Shown here in pieces: positions 17,041-27,114 of a stretch of 64,000 bases of DNA. Every line of letters starts with the position of its first letter. Position 1 is the stretch's first letter. The stretch is from a virus. Its lineage: Duplodnaviria > Caudoviricetes. The stretch spans positions 1,544 through 65,543 of IMG/VR virus record IMGVR_UViG_3300050821_009094. One strand, given 5' to 3'. The position numbers and the translations under genes were made by a program. The notes beneath the pieces were generated by a model. The model made no database searches and was not told the origin of the DNA. It was given only the letters and a program-made list of their open reading frames with translations.

Positions 17041-17254
17041 TCCCTGTCTCCTGATCGTTGATCTGCTGGCGCATATCGTCCATCGTCGGCTCGTTCGACT
17101 CCTGGACGTCCTGGCCAGCGGCTTTCTTCAGCGCGGTATAATAGAGTCCCAAAACCTTCAATGCGTCTATACGCTTTTCAAGCGGAGTATCTTTATCCAA
17201 CGCATCGCAGGCAGTCTTTTGCGCCAGTTTCTCGATGTCGGAAAGGGTGGTCAT
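17000..17254 (-). CDS. hypothetical protein
   Basis: coupled ORF within the operon. Confidence 0.65.
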   Translation of the reverse strand: MTTLSDIEKLAQKTACDALDKDTPLEKRIDALKVLGLYYTALKKAAGQDVQESNEPTMDDMRQQINDQETGNGRAVQTRSRSRN

Positions 17255-17463
17255 TGTTTACCGGTCATAGGGATAGCGTGCCGCTTAAGCTGATCTATTG
17301 CTGTCGCAAGCAACGCAGGCCCATCAGGGTCTGGATATAGCACCATGCAAAGGGCTGTTACAAGAATCGCAAATCTTTCGCTGGGCGCTGTATCAGCAAG
17401 TGATTCGACTATTTCTTGTGCTGTTTTAGCGCAATTTTCTGATCGCGTTATAAAATTGGTCAT
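17251..17463 (-). CDS. hypothetical protein
   Basis: coupled ORF within the operon. Confidence 0.55.
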   Translation of the reverse strand: MTNFITRSENCAKTAQEIVESLADTAPSERFAILVTALCMVLYPDPDGPALLATAIDQLKRHAIPMTGKQ

Positions 17464-20393
17464 GGCAACAACACGCTCTGATTTGGGGTTTGGAATTGCG
17501 ACTGCCCAACGCCCGCGCCGGCAGCGCCGCCGATCTTCATGCGTCTTTGCACCAGTTCTTTCACCATCTCGCGCGCCTGATCGTCACCCTTAAGTCCCTT
17601 CTCAATCCAGCGCAAAAACGCTGGGTTATTTGCCATATCAGTTACAAATTTATAGTATTTGCCCAAAATAAAACGCCCGACAGCATCGGCGAATGGAGCC
17701 TTTGGTAGATATTCGCCGCCTTTGCCAACTACCGCGCTCCAAGGATGTTCAACATGAGACATGGCCGCCATACCGCCAGCCATCGACGAACCGCCAGCAC
17801 CCCCTCTTGTAGCTAAAAGAAAGTCCATCTCTTTAGCTAGAGTCCGCATCTGATCTAGGCTCGTACCCGGGAACATAATACGCTGAACTTCTTCAGATAC
17901 TTTCGCCAGTTTTCCGCTCGGCTGCAAGGTATTTGTCAAAAGTTTTTGCGCCCAAGTCTGGCGCAGCAAGTTGAATTCCGGCGAGTCGGGGCCGAACTTC
18001 GAAGCGGCGGCGATGATCAAATCCTCACTGCCGAGAATCTTGTCCACGGCTTCCGAAGCACCGACCGACTCGTCATACAGGAAGTCGAGCGGGTTGTTGG
18101 CCTTGAGCTTCTGCCGCGCCAGCTTCTGGGTGTTTTGCAATTTTGCTTCAATGCCGCGCACTTCCTTGGTGATCGTACCCAGTGGATCAGCCTTGGCTGC
18201 GGCCTTCGCCGCGTCGGCAGCCATCTTGGCCTTGGTTATGATATCGCCGATCGTGTCGCCGGGCTGAGCAGGGATGGTCAAGCGGCCGGACAGCGCCTCG
18301 ATGTTCTGTGCCTGCTGCAACAACTTCTGTGTGACTGCTTTGCCGTGAACCGCTTCGAGCATCCCGCTGCGGTAACGCTCCAGCACCTGCGAGACAAACC
18401 GTCTGCCGTCGATCTGTCCTGTCAACGACTTCGACTGCTCCAGCATATCGCGCACATCGGCCGCCTTGACCCCGGCCCACAGATTCGGGCCGACCATATT
18501 GGCAACCTTTTGCGTCAAGTCTGAGCGACCTTCCTTGACGATGGTGTCGAACAGCACCTTGGGATCGGCCGGCAGCCCGGCGTCCAGACCATCCATCACC
18601 GCCTGGATACGCTTGTCGTTGAACGCGCCCATATTCTCACGATAAAAGTTGTCGGCCTCGCGAAGTTGTTTGGCTGCCGCCTGCAGCTCGGGCACAGCAT
18701 CCGCATCGTTGAGGATTTCATCAACGCGATTGGCGAAGAATTTGAACGTGCCCTGCTTCACGTCGGGCGTCAGATCGAGGCGGTTATAATTCTGGCGCAT
18801 CACCGAGCGCAGATTATGCAATTGCGCCCATGTCGGCTGCACCGGCTCGCGAACAACCTTACCTTCTTCGTCCACCTCGCCAGCCATATCACGTAATTGC
18901 TTAACAATCGTCGGGTACTTGCCCTCAAAACCTTCCGGTAATTCGTTGAGAAATTCCTGCGCGCGTTCCGGCAAACCGCTGATGTCCGGTTTCAGCCCGC
19001 CGGCCAGCGAGTCGGCTTCCGAATACATCTTGTTGGCCCGCGCCATAATACCAGCGCGTGTTTTCTGGATTTTCTCGGCAACCTGTTGCCAGAGACTGCC
19101 GCTGTTGTGCCCGGCCTTGACAGCATCCATGGCCGCCTGGCTCGACTTGTCGATCTCGCTGAAACCGGCGTCGATCACCTTCTGGGCGGCGTTGCGCGCG
19201 TCGGTCGCGGCTGCTTCGAGCTGTCGGGTTTGACCTTCCTTGGCAGCAATGCGCTCTTGCATTCCGGTCGTCAGTTCGGTGCGGCGCGCTTCGAGCGCTG
19301 CGCGCAACGCTTCATCTGCCTTGCGCAATTCCTCGCGCGTGCGGCCCAGCACAGCCTCACCGGCGCGTTCGGTGGACACCGCAGCTTCAGGGTCGGTCAG
19401 CAACTTGACGTTTGGAGGACCGGCGTCACCGGAAAGCGTGTTGAGAATGTCCTTACCGGACTTCTCGTAATGCCCAGTCGCCGATTGCAGCAGCGGATCC
19501 TGTGTGCGAAATGCTGGATCAAATCGTTCATTGATATTGATAACGTGCGGCGCCTCTTTCATATGCGCTGACGCTGGCACTAAAACATCCTTATCCCGCA
19601 AAGCAACAGCTTGTGATATATTCTCTGGTGTTTCACCAAGAAAGTCGCCCACAGCTTTGGGCAATGCCGTTTTGATCGCACCCTTAATCGCAGGCGCGGC
19701 AGCGGCGAGACCACGGCCGATGCCGGCACCGGCGCCGCCAAACAGGCCCGAGAGGGTCACTTCGTCCGCCTCCTGCGCGCCGGTACGGTCGTACACGCCG
19801 GCCAGCGCCATGATCGCGTCGTTGAAACCCTGCCCCGCAGCACCGCCGGCAGCACCGCCAGCTACGGCACCGCCGAACACGCCGGGAGGGCCGGCAGGAG
19901 CACCCGCCACGCCACCGCCGACCTCGCCAGCGATCGAGCCAAGGACCGGCGCTGCCTGGGAGGCCATGAACGATAGTGGCGAGCGCTGGAAGCCGCGAGA
20001 GCGGCGCAAGGTGCCGTCCTCATCGACGTACATCTCGCCGGTCTGCTTGTTTTCCTTGACTTTGCCGGGATAACCGCGCTCCAGCGCTTTCTTGCGCTCG
20101 GAATCAGTCACGCTCATGTTGTAGAGCGTCTGGGTGGTGAAATCCAAGTCCTCATATTTCGGACTTGTGCGCGTGTTGCCTTCAGGATCGACGTAAGGCA
20201 CGCCCTCGGGCAGTCCTGCGTAGTCGCTGGCATCTTTGACGCGGTACGGCTTGGTGCGCTTCTGCCCCTTGGGATCGATGTAGTCCATCCCAGGACCGAT
20301 GGCCTCATAAGACGCGGTATCGGTCACCGCGGGAGGCGCTTTGTCCAGATCCGGGGTGACGCCTTCAGGCCCTATATTGGCAAGATCGACCAT
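17460..20393 (-). CDS. large internal virion/ejection protein
   Basis: 977 aa, helical and Ala-rich, Gly-rich GGAVAGGAAGG segment, duplicated Y(I/V)DPxGxxR N-terminal motif; position after the nozzle. Confidence 0.7.
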   Translation of the reverse strand: MVDLANIGPEGVTPDLDKAPPAVTDTASYEAIGPGMDYIDPKGQKRTKPYRVKDASDYAGLPEGVPYVDPEGNTRTSPKYEDLDFTTQTLYNMSVTDSERKKALERGYPGKVKENKQTGEMYVDEDGTLRRSRGFQRSPLSFMASQAAPVLGSIAGEVGGGVAGAPAGPPGVFGGAVAGGAAGGAAGQGFNDAIMALAGVYDRTGAQEADEVTLSGLFGGAGAGIGRGLAAAAPAIKGAIKTALPKAVGDFLGETPENISQAVALRDKDVLVPASAHMKEAPHVININERFDPAFRTQDPLLQSATGHYEKSGKDILNTLSGDAGPPNVKLLTDPEAAVSTERAGEAVLGRTREELRKADEALRAALEARRTELTTGMQERIAAKEGQTRQLEAAATDARNAAQKVIDAGFSEIDKSSQAAMDAVKAGHNSGSLWQQVAEKIQKTRAGIMARANKMYSEADSLAGGLKPDISGLPERAQEFLNELPEGFEGKYPTIVKQLRDMAGEVDEEGKVVREPVQPTWAQLHNLRSVMRQNYNRLDLTPDVKQGTFKFFANRVDEILNDADAVPELQAAAKQLREADNFYRENMGAFNDKRIQAVMDGLDAGLPADPKVLFDTIVKEGRSDLTQKVANMVGPNLWAGVKAADVRDMLEQSKSLTGQIDGRRFVSQVLERYRSGMLEAVHGKAVTQKLLQQAQNIEALSGRLTIPAQPGDTIGDIITKAKMAADAAKAAAKADPLGTITKEVRGIEAKLQNTQKLARQKLKANNPLDFLYDESVGASEAVDKILGSEDLIIAAASKFGPDSPEFNLLRQTWAQKLLTNTLQPSGKLAKVSEEVQRIMFPGTSLDQMRTLAKEMDFLLATRGGAGGSSMAGGMAAMSHVEHPWSAVVGKGGEYLPKAPFADAVGRFILGKYYKFVTDMANNPAFLRWIEKGLKGDDQAREMVKELVQRRMKIGGAAGAGVGQSQFQTPNQSVLLP

Positions 20394-21986
20394 TTAATGA
20401 CTCAGCGGGTCGTTTTCCCAAGGTCTGTCGTCAGGATCGGCAGGAGCAGCGGCAGGAGCTGGAGTGCCGCCCGGAAGTTGCGCCTTGTCACGATCGCGGA
20501 TCGTGCTCAATCGCTCTCTAAGCTCTTTCATCGCACGCAAAGTGTTTGCCGTGGTATCGCCAAGACTTAAACCAGCAATAACATCGCTAATCTTGCCAGC
20601 TTCAACCGATAGCGGGCGACCTGTTTTCTGGTCAAGCAAAAGCCGCGGCGCCATAATCTGCAACTGCTCAATATCGCGCATCATCTGCTTACGATCACTT
20701 TTGTTAGAACCGAGAATATTACTAACTACTTCTCCTAATCGCGTGGCACGTCCCGCCACACCTGCAGCGCCGGCATATTTGTTCAGCGTCTTATCGATGC
20801 CGTCGATCAATTTCAACGCATCATCGTACTGGCCGATGTGCGACTCCATATCGACGCGCTTGTTGCCGGTAACCGGCGGGGCCTTGGCCTCTTTCATTGC
20901 CTTGTCTGTTTCCAATTCCAGTTTATCGGCGGGCCAATCTGGATTCTTTTGCCGCAAACCATCCTTTACCACCTGCCGCTCGCGAATTTCCTCGGCAGCT
21001 TTGAGTCCCTTCGCCTGAAAAGTCGTCGCAGCATCAACGATCCGTCTAGTCTGTTCCTCTCCGGGCAACTCCATGAATCCTGGCTGTGTAATTACACTGG
21101 CAACAGCCAGTTCTTGAGGTGTCTTGGCTCCAGGCGACGACAAAAAATCAGCGTACATTAACGCTTGGGAGTCGTGTGCAGCCTTCTTAATTTTTTCTGG
21201 ATCCTTGCTATCACCGAGAAACGCAGAAAATACTTGTCTGCGGACTTCATTTTCCTGCAAACGCTGCGTCGCATCCGCCAACTCGACCTTCGACTTGGCC
21301 AGCGCGTCGCGCGCTTCCAATGCCTGCTGGTCGTACCCGTTCGCCAGCATGATCTGCAACCGCTGATCATTGAACCGTGCCGCCAGCGCGCTCGCCGAGG
21401 CCCGCCACGACTCCATGTTCTTGGTGCGCAGGTGGTCGATCTGCTCGAACTCGTGTTCCTCGATATCGAGGCGCTTTATTGTCAGGTTCGAGTTCTCTTT
21501 CCAGGCGTCAAATGCCTTGTTGTAAGAATCCATATCATTCTGGTTGATGGCGTTCATCGCCGCAGCGCCGGCATTGAGCGCAGAATTCATCGGCATGGCG
21601 GTGAAGGTCGAGGCCAGCATGGCGACAATGAAACCCGGAGAGCCGAACTGCTCCCACAGATCGGTCTTGCGGCTGTTCAACTCCTTCGCGGCGTTCCATG
21701 GCTTCAAATCCTCCATGGTGGCGCCTTCTTGCGCCAGCATCCGCTCCTGCCGGGCGGCGTAAGCATCGTCGGAGCGCTTGCGCTGCGCTTCCATCCCGGC
21801 TTCGGCGCCGATCTTCTTTGTGGTTAGCGCCAAATCGGCCTTGGTGATCGCGTCGTACTGCGCATCACCGCTCCCCGTCATATCATCAAGACTTTTCGGC
21901 GGCGCGTCGCCTTTGCCGGTAGAACCCGTTACCGCTGGAGGAAGCGGTGGGGAAGAGTCCGGTGCGTCAAATGCAGGTTCAGGCAT
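20394..21986 (-). CDS. internal virion/ejection protein
   Basis: 530 aa coiled-coil with one hydrophobic segment; podoviral position. Confidence 0.65.
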   Translation of the reverse strand: MPEPAFDAPDSSPPLPPAVTGSTGKGDAPPKSLDDMTGSGDAQYDAITKADLALTTKKIGAEAGMEAQRKRSDDAYAARQERMLAQEGATMEDLKPWNAAKELNSRKTDLWEQFGSPGFIVAMLASTFTAMPMNSALNAGAAAMNAINQNDMDSYNKAFDAWKENSNLTIKRLDIEEHEFEQIDHLRTKNMESWRASASALAARFNDQRLQIMLANGYDQQALEARDALAKSKVELADATQRLQENEVRRQVFSAFLGDSKDPEKIKKAAHDSQALMYADFLSSPGAKTPQELAVASVITQPGFMELPGEEQTRRIVDAATTFQAKGLKAAEEIRERQVVKDGLRQKNPDWPADKLELETDKAMKEAKAPPVTGNKRVDMESHIGQYDDALKLIDGIDKTLNKYAGAAGVAGRATRLGEVVSNILGSNKSDRKQMMRDIEQLQIMAPRLLLDQKTGRPLSVEAGKISDVIAGLSLGDTTANTLRAMKELRERLSTIRDRDKAQLPGGTPAPAAAPADPDDRPWENDPLSH

Positions 21987-23177
21987 TTATGCCGTCGCAG
22001 TTGGAGAACTGACGAGCTTGCCGCCATTCATCGCCGCGGCGAAGTTCGAGATCGACTGCATCATCGACTGGTTGAGCTGCTGGTTGAGCTTCGAGATCTG
22101 GATCGGAATCTGCGATTCGAGACTGGTCGCCGAAACGCCGGTGGCCAGCATCTGGTTTGCCGTGTTGACCATGTTCTGGCCAGCGGTCGCAAGCTGCGAC
22201 TCAAGCTGGGTCATCAGCGTGTTGCGTGAGTTGTCAACCGCTGCCAGATCCTGCTGGAGCTGCGAGTTCTGCTGTGGATTGGTGGACATGCCGCGCGACG
22301 CATAGCCCTGGATGATGCCGGCCTTCTGGCTGGCGATCGTCTGGTCAACCTGGGTCTGGAACTGGGGCGGCAGCGTGCCGCTGGTCAGATATGTCATCAG
22401 GGTCTGGCCCTGGTTGATCAAAGGTGCCGCGGTCTGCTGGGCGATTGCTGCCGTACTTGCCGCCTGTGCCGTTGCAGCCGCTTCCTGCTTGTTGGTGGCG
22501 TTGAGCGCCTGCTTCTGTTCGTAGCCCTCGAACAGACTGCCGGCGACGCCCGCCGCGCCCACGAAGGGCGCTGCAGCCTTAATATCGGACCCGATGGTCG
22601 AGAGGATGCCGGTACCACCTCCTCCTGCAGCGCCGCCGCCCGCGCTGCCAGCTCCTACCGTGGAAGCTGTATCCAGAGCCGAGGTGCCACCCCCTGCCCC
22701 GCCCGCCGCGGTCGCCAGGTCGCCTCCAGGTGTGCCCGCAATCACACCCCCGCCTACCCCTGACGTGGTACCCGAGCCGGCCCCCGCAGCATCAAAGGCG
22801 CCTGCAAACGCATCAGGGGTGGTCCCGGCGGTCAATGTAGCCCCTTGGGGCAACGCTGCGGCCGTGTCGGCCGCCGTCTGCCCAGCGATCCCGGCATCGC
22901 CGAAGATATCGGTACCAGTCCCGGCAAGATCGATGGCTGACCCGCTATCGGCCGCCAGACCAGCGCCACCAAACAGGCTGCTAAGCCCGGCCCCTTCGCC
23001 CAGGAGGCCGAAGCCGCCGGTTGCCACGGCGCCGAGCGCCAGCGGGGCGGCAATCTCAAGGTCTTTGGCCCAGGAAGGTTGTTTCGAGAAGTCAGCACTG
23101 GCGTCGTCCAGCGGGTTGGACAGGTCGTGGCCGAGGTTCGAAGTCTTGCCCTCGAATAAATCAGTTAGGAAACTTAT
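21987..23177 (-). CDS. Gly/Ala/Gln-rich DNA-transfer (pilot/ejection) protein, probable ATA start
   Basis: AGGAGG 7 nt upstream of in-frame ATA-AGT-TTC; composition typical of small ejection proteins. Confidence 0.65.
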   Translation of the reverse strand: MSFLTDLFEGKTSNLGHDLSNPLDDASADFSKQPSWAKDLEIAAPLALGAVATGGFGLLGEGAGLSSLFGGAGLAADSGSAIDLAGTGTDIFGDAGIAGQTAADTAAALPQGATLTAGTTPDAFAGAFDAAGAGSGTTSGVGGGVIAGTPGGDLATAAGGAGGGTSALDTASTVGAGSAGGGAAGGGGTGILSTIGSDIKAAAPFVGAAGVAGSLFEGYEQKQALNATNKQEAAATAQAASTAAIAQQTAAPLINQGQTLMTYLTSGTLPPQFQTQVDQTIASQKAGIIQGYASRGMSTNPQQNSQLQQDLAAVDNSRNTLMTQLESQLATAGQNMVNTANQMLATGVSATSLESQIPIQISKLNQQLNQSMMQSISNFAAAMNGGKLVSSPTATA

Positions 23178-23188
23178 GACACGACCTC

Positions 23189-23752
23189 CTACCCTATCCT
23201 CAGAGCACTGCAGATCGTCTGATGCTCCGCGGCATTCTGATTGAGCCATTCCTCGAACTGGTCTGGATCGCTCCAATCGTAATCTAGCAGGTTGAACCCC
23301 TGGGTGCCAAGGACCGCGTTGATCTGATTATGCATTGTCTGGTGAACATAAAACCACATGCCCATGCTCTCCGGGTCAATCGGACTGAGCTGAAACTGGT
23401 CCAGCGCCTTGACGTTCGCCCCTGGGTAAAACTGGATGGTAGCGCCACTCGAAATATTGCTAGTCAGCGCCAAACCGATCTGCGCTTCGGTCGCGTTCAA
23501 CCCGACCACCTCGGCGCCATCTGGAATGCCCGTGCTGCTCACGATCATCCCGATCTGAATACCGGTTGTGGAAGCAAACCCCAGCACAAACCCGCCGGCC
23601 AACGATCCGATATTGGTCGTTAGCGTCGGCGAGGTCTGCTGAAACATCGTACCTGCAGTTACAATATCGAAATGATTGGCCTGATGATTCCACGCCCACG
23701 CCCGCAGCGAGGCTTCATCGGTCGGCTTCACGTAAAGCGCAGGCAAGCTCAT
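23189..23752 (-). CDS. virion-associated protein with WxxxHxxxH repeats and an inserted beta domain
   Basis: WAWNHQANH, WFYVHQTMH, WLNQNAAEH. Confidence 0.7.
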   Translation of the reverse strand: MSLPALYVKPTDEASLRAWAWNHQANHFDIVTAGTMFQQTSPTLTTNIGSLAGGFVLGFASTTGIQIGMIVSSTGIPDGAEVVGLNATEAQIGLALTSNISSGATIQFYPGANVKALDQFQLSPIDPESMGMWFYVHQTMHNQINAVLGTQGFNLLDYDWSDPDQFEEWLNQNAAEHQTICSALRIG

Positions 23753-26655
23753 CCGCGATACTGCACATCTTCAGCCGCCATCTTTGCGCTGATCAGCGCC
23801 ACGTCGGCGGCATTTGTTGAAAGCGTCATTCCGGTCAGGACACCCTGCTGGCCGACCGCCAGCGATTGCGTGACGTAATAGCCGGTGTTCGCGGGACCGA
23901 TAATCGTATAGGGTTGTGAATTGGTGTATTGGCTGCCATTGGGTCCAACCCCCACACCGTCAACAGTTAGATTGATATTGGTGGCGGCAAACGGGTTTGG
24001 ATAGACGAAAGAGCCGAGCGTGTTGATCGTCACAGACGGCGTATCGCTTGGAGTCGTGCCCACTATTGCCAAAGTAAAATACAAAGGATCATGATTCGAA
24101 TTAGGGCCAGTTGCACCTGCAGAAGTCGGAAAGTTGATGCCGCCAACGCCAGTTGCCGGGTTGGCTGCCGGATTGCCGTTCCAAGGGGCGCCCGCGACGG
24201 AAAACCAGGCGAGCGCTGTTGTGGCGTTCAAGGCTACCCTGAGAATCTGACCGTTAATATTACCGATGGACGCGACAAGTGTCTGGTGACCGAGAGTACC
24301 GGTAAAAATCTCGCCTCCATCGGCGCTGATGACAACGCCGCTGGTCGATACGAAGTCGATGACCGCCAGTTCGCAGGCGGGCTGCGAAAAATCAGCCGTA
24401 CAAGTAAACTCGGCATAAACAATTCCAGCAGTATAAGGATCAACACTAAGAGCTTCGCCGGTCGAATTAGCAACCAATGTCGCGGTATGATTGGTGTTTG
24501 ACAAGGTGATATTGGTAGGGGTTCCCCATGTATTATCGAGTTGCGGCGCTATCCCGCCAACGCTGTAATACTGCCACAGACTCCAAAACCGTGAATCGGC
24601 TTTGCTCGACTCGATACCGCCCGGATCGTCCCACAGCTTGGTCTGCGCCAGCTTGGTAAAATTAACCGAAGCGGTGTTGAACAACGGGTAGAGATGCGTG
24701 CCGTCCGTGCCCCAGGCAGTGTAAACCGAGTTGATTTCCTGGCCACCGATGAACGTCAGAGCTACGTCTTGCAGCGATGAAAACCAACGCTCGGCTCGGC
24801 CGGACCCCATGAACATCAAAATTTTATTCTGCTGCGTGTTCGCGACTGGATCGATGATTGGAACCAGAACCATCCACACTCGCTTGCCGAAGATCGTCGC
24901 CTTAGCTGCACTGAGTTGGTTGCCGCCAAAGTTGGGAACCGTGTTATATACACCATCCATCGCTTCAGACTTTTTCACATACGCGCCGCCGGACGACACG
25001 GAAATGCCAGTCGAATTTGCAAGAAAAATTTCCTGTCCTAACGTCGTCACCGCGGCCGGATAGGGCGTACCCACCTCGGGATCGCTGTTGTTCTGAGTAT
25101 AGGTCGTAGTCGGATTGCCGCCCTGCGGCGTGGTGGTAACGACGCCCGAGATATAGTCCATCGAGTTGTCACCGATGAGGAACAGAAAGCCGTTGGTCGA
25201 GACGAGCTGGGTATAGCCGACCTTGGTGTATGAATTGTTAGTCTGGTCCGAACCGCCGCCCGCCGACGTCGCGAAATTCGAAACCGAACCTGGAGCGCTG
25301 AAATTGATAACCGTGCCATCCGCCACCCAAACATGGCCCTGGTAGGTCTCGACCGCCGTGCCTTGAATACCGAACGGCATGAGGATGACGGTACCGGCGG
25401 CAGTGACTGCAGTATCCGTCACTGTCAATGTTGGAGCTGTGTTCGAATCATAGATGCCACCATTCGTAATAGTGGTCCCGGTGATGACCCCTGCGGTAAT
25501 AATTGGAATAATCGTCGCCTGTGTGATCGGAGTCCCACCGGCAGAAGCGGTGATCTTCGTACCAGGACTATAATTAGATCCGCCGCTGCCGATCGTGACG
25601 CTGGAAACATAGTAATAACCCGTGTCGGCAATGGTTATTGTGGGAAATGCCGGTGAGGCGGTTGGCGTCGAGTACAAACCAAGCGGATTGCTAGGCGCTT
25701 GAACGCCGTTGGCACCGGTAATCGCACCACCGGTTTCAGTGACTTGGATAGCGGGTGTGGGGGCGATAGACGTTTCACCCCAATATGAACCAGTCGGTGG
25801 TGGATTGAACCCAGCAACAACATTCGCACTGTAACCAGTGCCAGGAGCGGTAATTGTAATATTTGTCCACGAGTAAACATTATTGGGACCGTCAGTGCCG
25901 ATCAACGTAAACACCGGCGTAAGCACGCCTCCAGAACCAGGCGCAGCGTGAGTGAGAACTGCCGTGAGCGATGCGCCGCTGCCCGCGAGCGTGCCACCTG
26001 AGAAAACCAAAGTAACGACATCACCGGGCAAATACCCCGAACCCGGATTCGTCTCGGTAACGTTGGTGACCACGCCGCCGCCGATCGTAGCGACGAAGGT
26101 AGCGCCACTGCCGTGACCACCGCTTGCCGTCACCGAGGGCACGGTCTGATAGGCAGAACCAGGATTGGTCAGTGTAACACCGGGGCCAAGTGTGCCTGCC
26201 GCGTAAAGCAAATTGCCATCCCAGACCCAGTAGCCGTTCGACTGATTGGCAACAATGATCAGATACTGGTTGCCATATTGGGTAATGCCAAGATCAACGA
26301 TACTGGGGGCAAGGATCGTGCCGGCGGGCAAAATTGTCACCACGGCGCCCGTGATGGTGTTGACCTGAACCGCGGAGCCATCCGAGATAAACACGACTGC
26401 GTAGGGCGTGGCGCCCAGATTGTAGAAATAGAAGCAGACTATGGTGGTAGGATTGGTTGCAGTGAATTTCGCGGCACCAATGCCGTAAAGCGTGCGAAGA
26501 TTGCCTGAAGCAAGCGGTATAAAGCCATCGAGCCAATAAGCCATCTCATCCGGCACACCCAGACGAGTCGTAGCCGTATTGACGCCGGCGAACTGATTGA
26601 AGGTCAGGCCAGCTTCATTGCCCTGTTGGGGCTGCTGTTGCTGGTTGGGCGGCAT
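23749..26655 (-). CDS. tail nozzle/tail tubular B-like protein with inserted GSGY-repeat and SPRY-like domains
   Basis: FAGVNT N-terminus, propeller-like segments, position after the adaptors; inserts TNPGSGY and TLSNTNHTAT..YAEF. Confidence 0.7.
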   Translation of the reverse strand: MPPNQQQQPQQGNEAGLTFNQFAGVNTATTRLGVPDEMAYWLDGFIPLASGNLRTLYGIGAAKFTATNPTTIVCFYFYNLGATPYAVVFISDGSAVQVNTITGAVVTILPAGTILAPSIVDLGITQYGNQYLIIVANQSNGYWVWDGNLLYAAGTLGPGVTLTNPGSAYQTVPSVTASGGHGSGATFVATIGGGVVTNVTETNPGSGYLPGDVVTLVFSGGTLAGSGASLTAVLTHAAPGSGGVLTPVFTLIGTDGPNNVYSWTNITITAPGTGYSANVVAGFNPPPTGSYWGETSIAPTPAIQVTETGGAITGANGVQAPSNPLGLYSTPTASPAFPTITIADTGYYYVSSVTIGSGGSNYSPGTKITASAGGTPITQATIIPIITAGVITGTTITNGGIYDSNTAPTLTVTDTAVTAAGTVILMPFGIQGTAVETYQGHVWVADGTVINFSAPGSVSNFATSAGGGSDQTNNSYTKVGYTQLVSTNGFLFLIGDNSMDYISGVVTTTPQGGNPTTTYTQNNSDPEVGTPYPAAVTTLGQEIFLANSTGISVSSGGAYVKKSEAMDGVYNTVPNFGGNQLSAAKATIFGKRVWMVLVPIIDPVANTQQNKILMFMGSGRAERWFSSLQDVALTFIGGQEINSVYTAWGTDGTHLYPLFNTASVNFTKLAQTKLWDDPGGIESSKADSRFWSLWQYYSVGGIAPQLDNTWGTPTNITLSNTNHTATLVANSTGEALSVDPYTAGIVYAEFTCTADFSQPACELAVIDFVSTSGVVISADGGEIFTGTLGHQTLVASIGNINGQILRVALNATTALAWFSVAGAPWNGNPAANPATGVGGINFPTSAGATGPNSNHDPLYFTLAIVGTTPSDTPSVTINTLGSFVYPNPFAATNINLTVDGVGVGPNGSQYTNSQPYTIIGPANTGYYVTQSLAVGQQGVLTGMTLSTNAADVALISAKMAAEDVQYRG

Positions 26656-27114
26656 TTACACCCGCGCAAACCGCAGTTCGCGAGTGAACACCCGGCCGAT
26701 GTGTTCCTTGATGATCTCGTGCGGCACGTCGCTTAATTCTTCGACCCACACCTTCTCGATACCTTGTGGCTTGGCCCACCGCGCCACTTCCTCGTAGAAC
26801 GCGCCGCCTTCCTTCTGGAAGCCTTCCTGACAGAACACGAAGCGCTCGATGATCTCGGGTTTCGGCGCCAGCGAGTATATGTTCGTGAGCTGAAACAGCG
26901 CGACACTGTGATCTTGGTAGAGAAACAGATTGGCGTTGTCGTACAGCAAGGTGCGGATCCAGCCGAGGATGAAGCGGTCGTTAAGATGCGTGTAAGCCGC
27001 CTTCAGGCGGGTCAAAAGGAAACCGCCGTGCGTGTCGATGTCGGGAAGCGCGAAGCGGCGCAGCGTGGAGATCGGGGTGATTTCAGTTGTTTCAGCGAGG
27101 GCAGCTTGAGCCAT
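26656..27114 (-). CDS. hypothetical protein, possible GNAT-like fold
   Basis: 152 aa between adaptor and nozzle, where podoviruses often carry GNAT-like genes; FYEEVARWAKPQGIEKV. Confidence 0.55.
   Translation of the reverse strand: MAQAALAETTEITPISTLRRFALPDIDTHGGFLLTRLKAAYTHLNDRFILGWIRTLLYDNANLFLYQDHSVALFQLTNIYSLAPKPEIIERFVFCQEGFQKEGGAFYEEVARWAKPQGIEKVWVEELSDVPHEIIKEHIGRVFTRELRFARV

Noticed and set aside
17460-20393. Tape measure protein
   Set aside because: No tail tube, sheath or tail chaperone genes were recognised. The gene order fits short-tail ejection proteins better.
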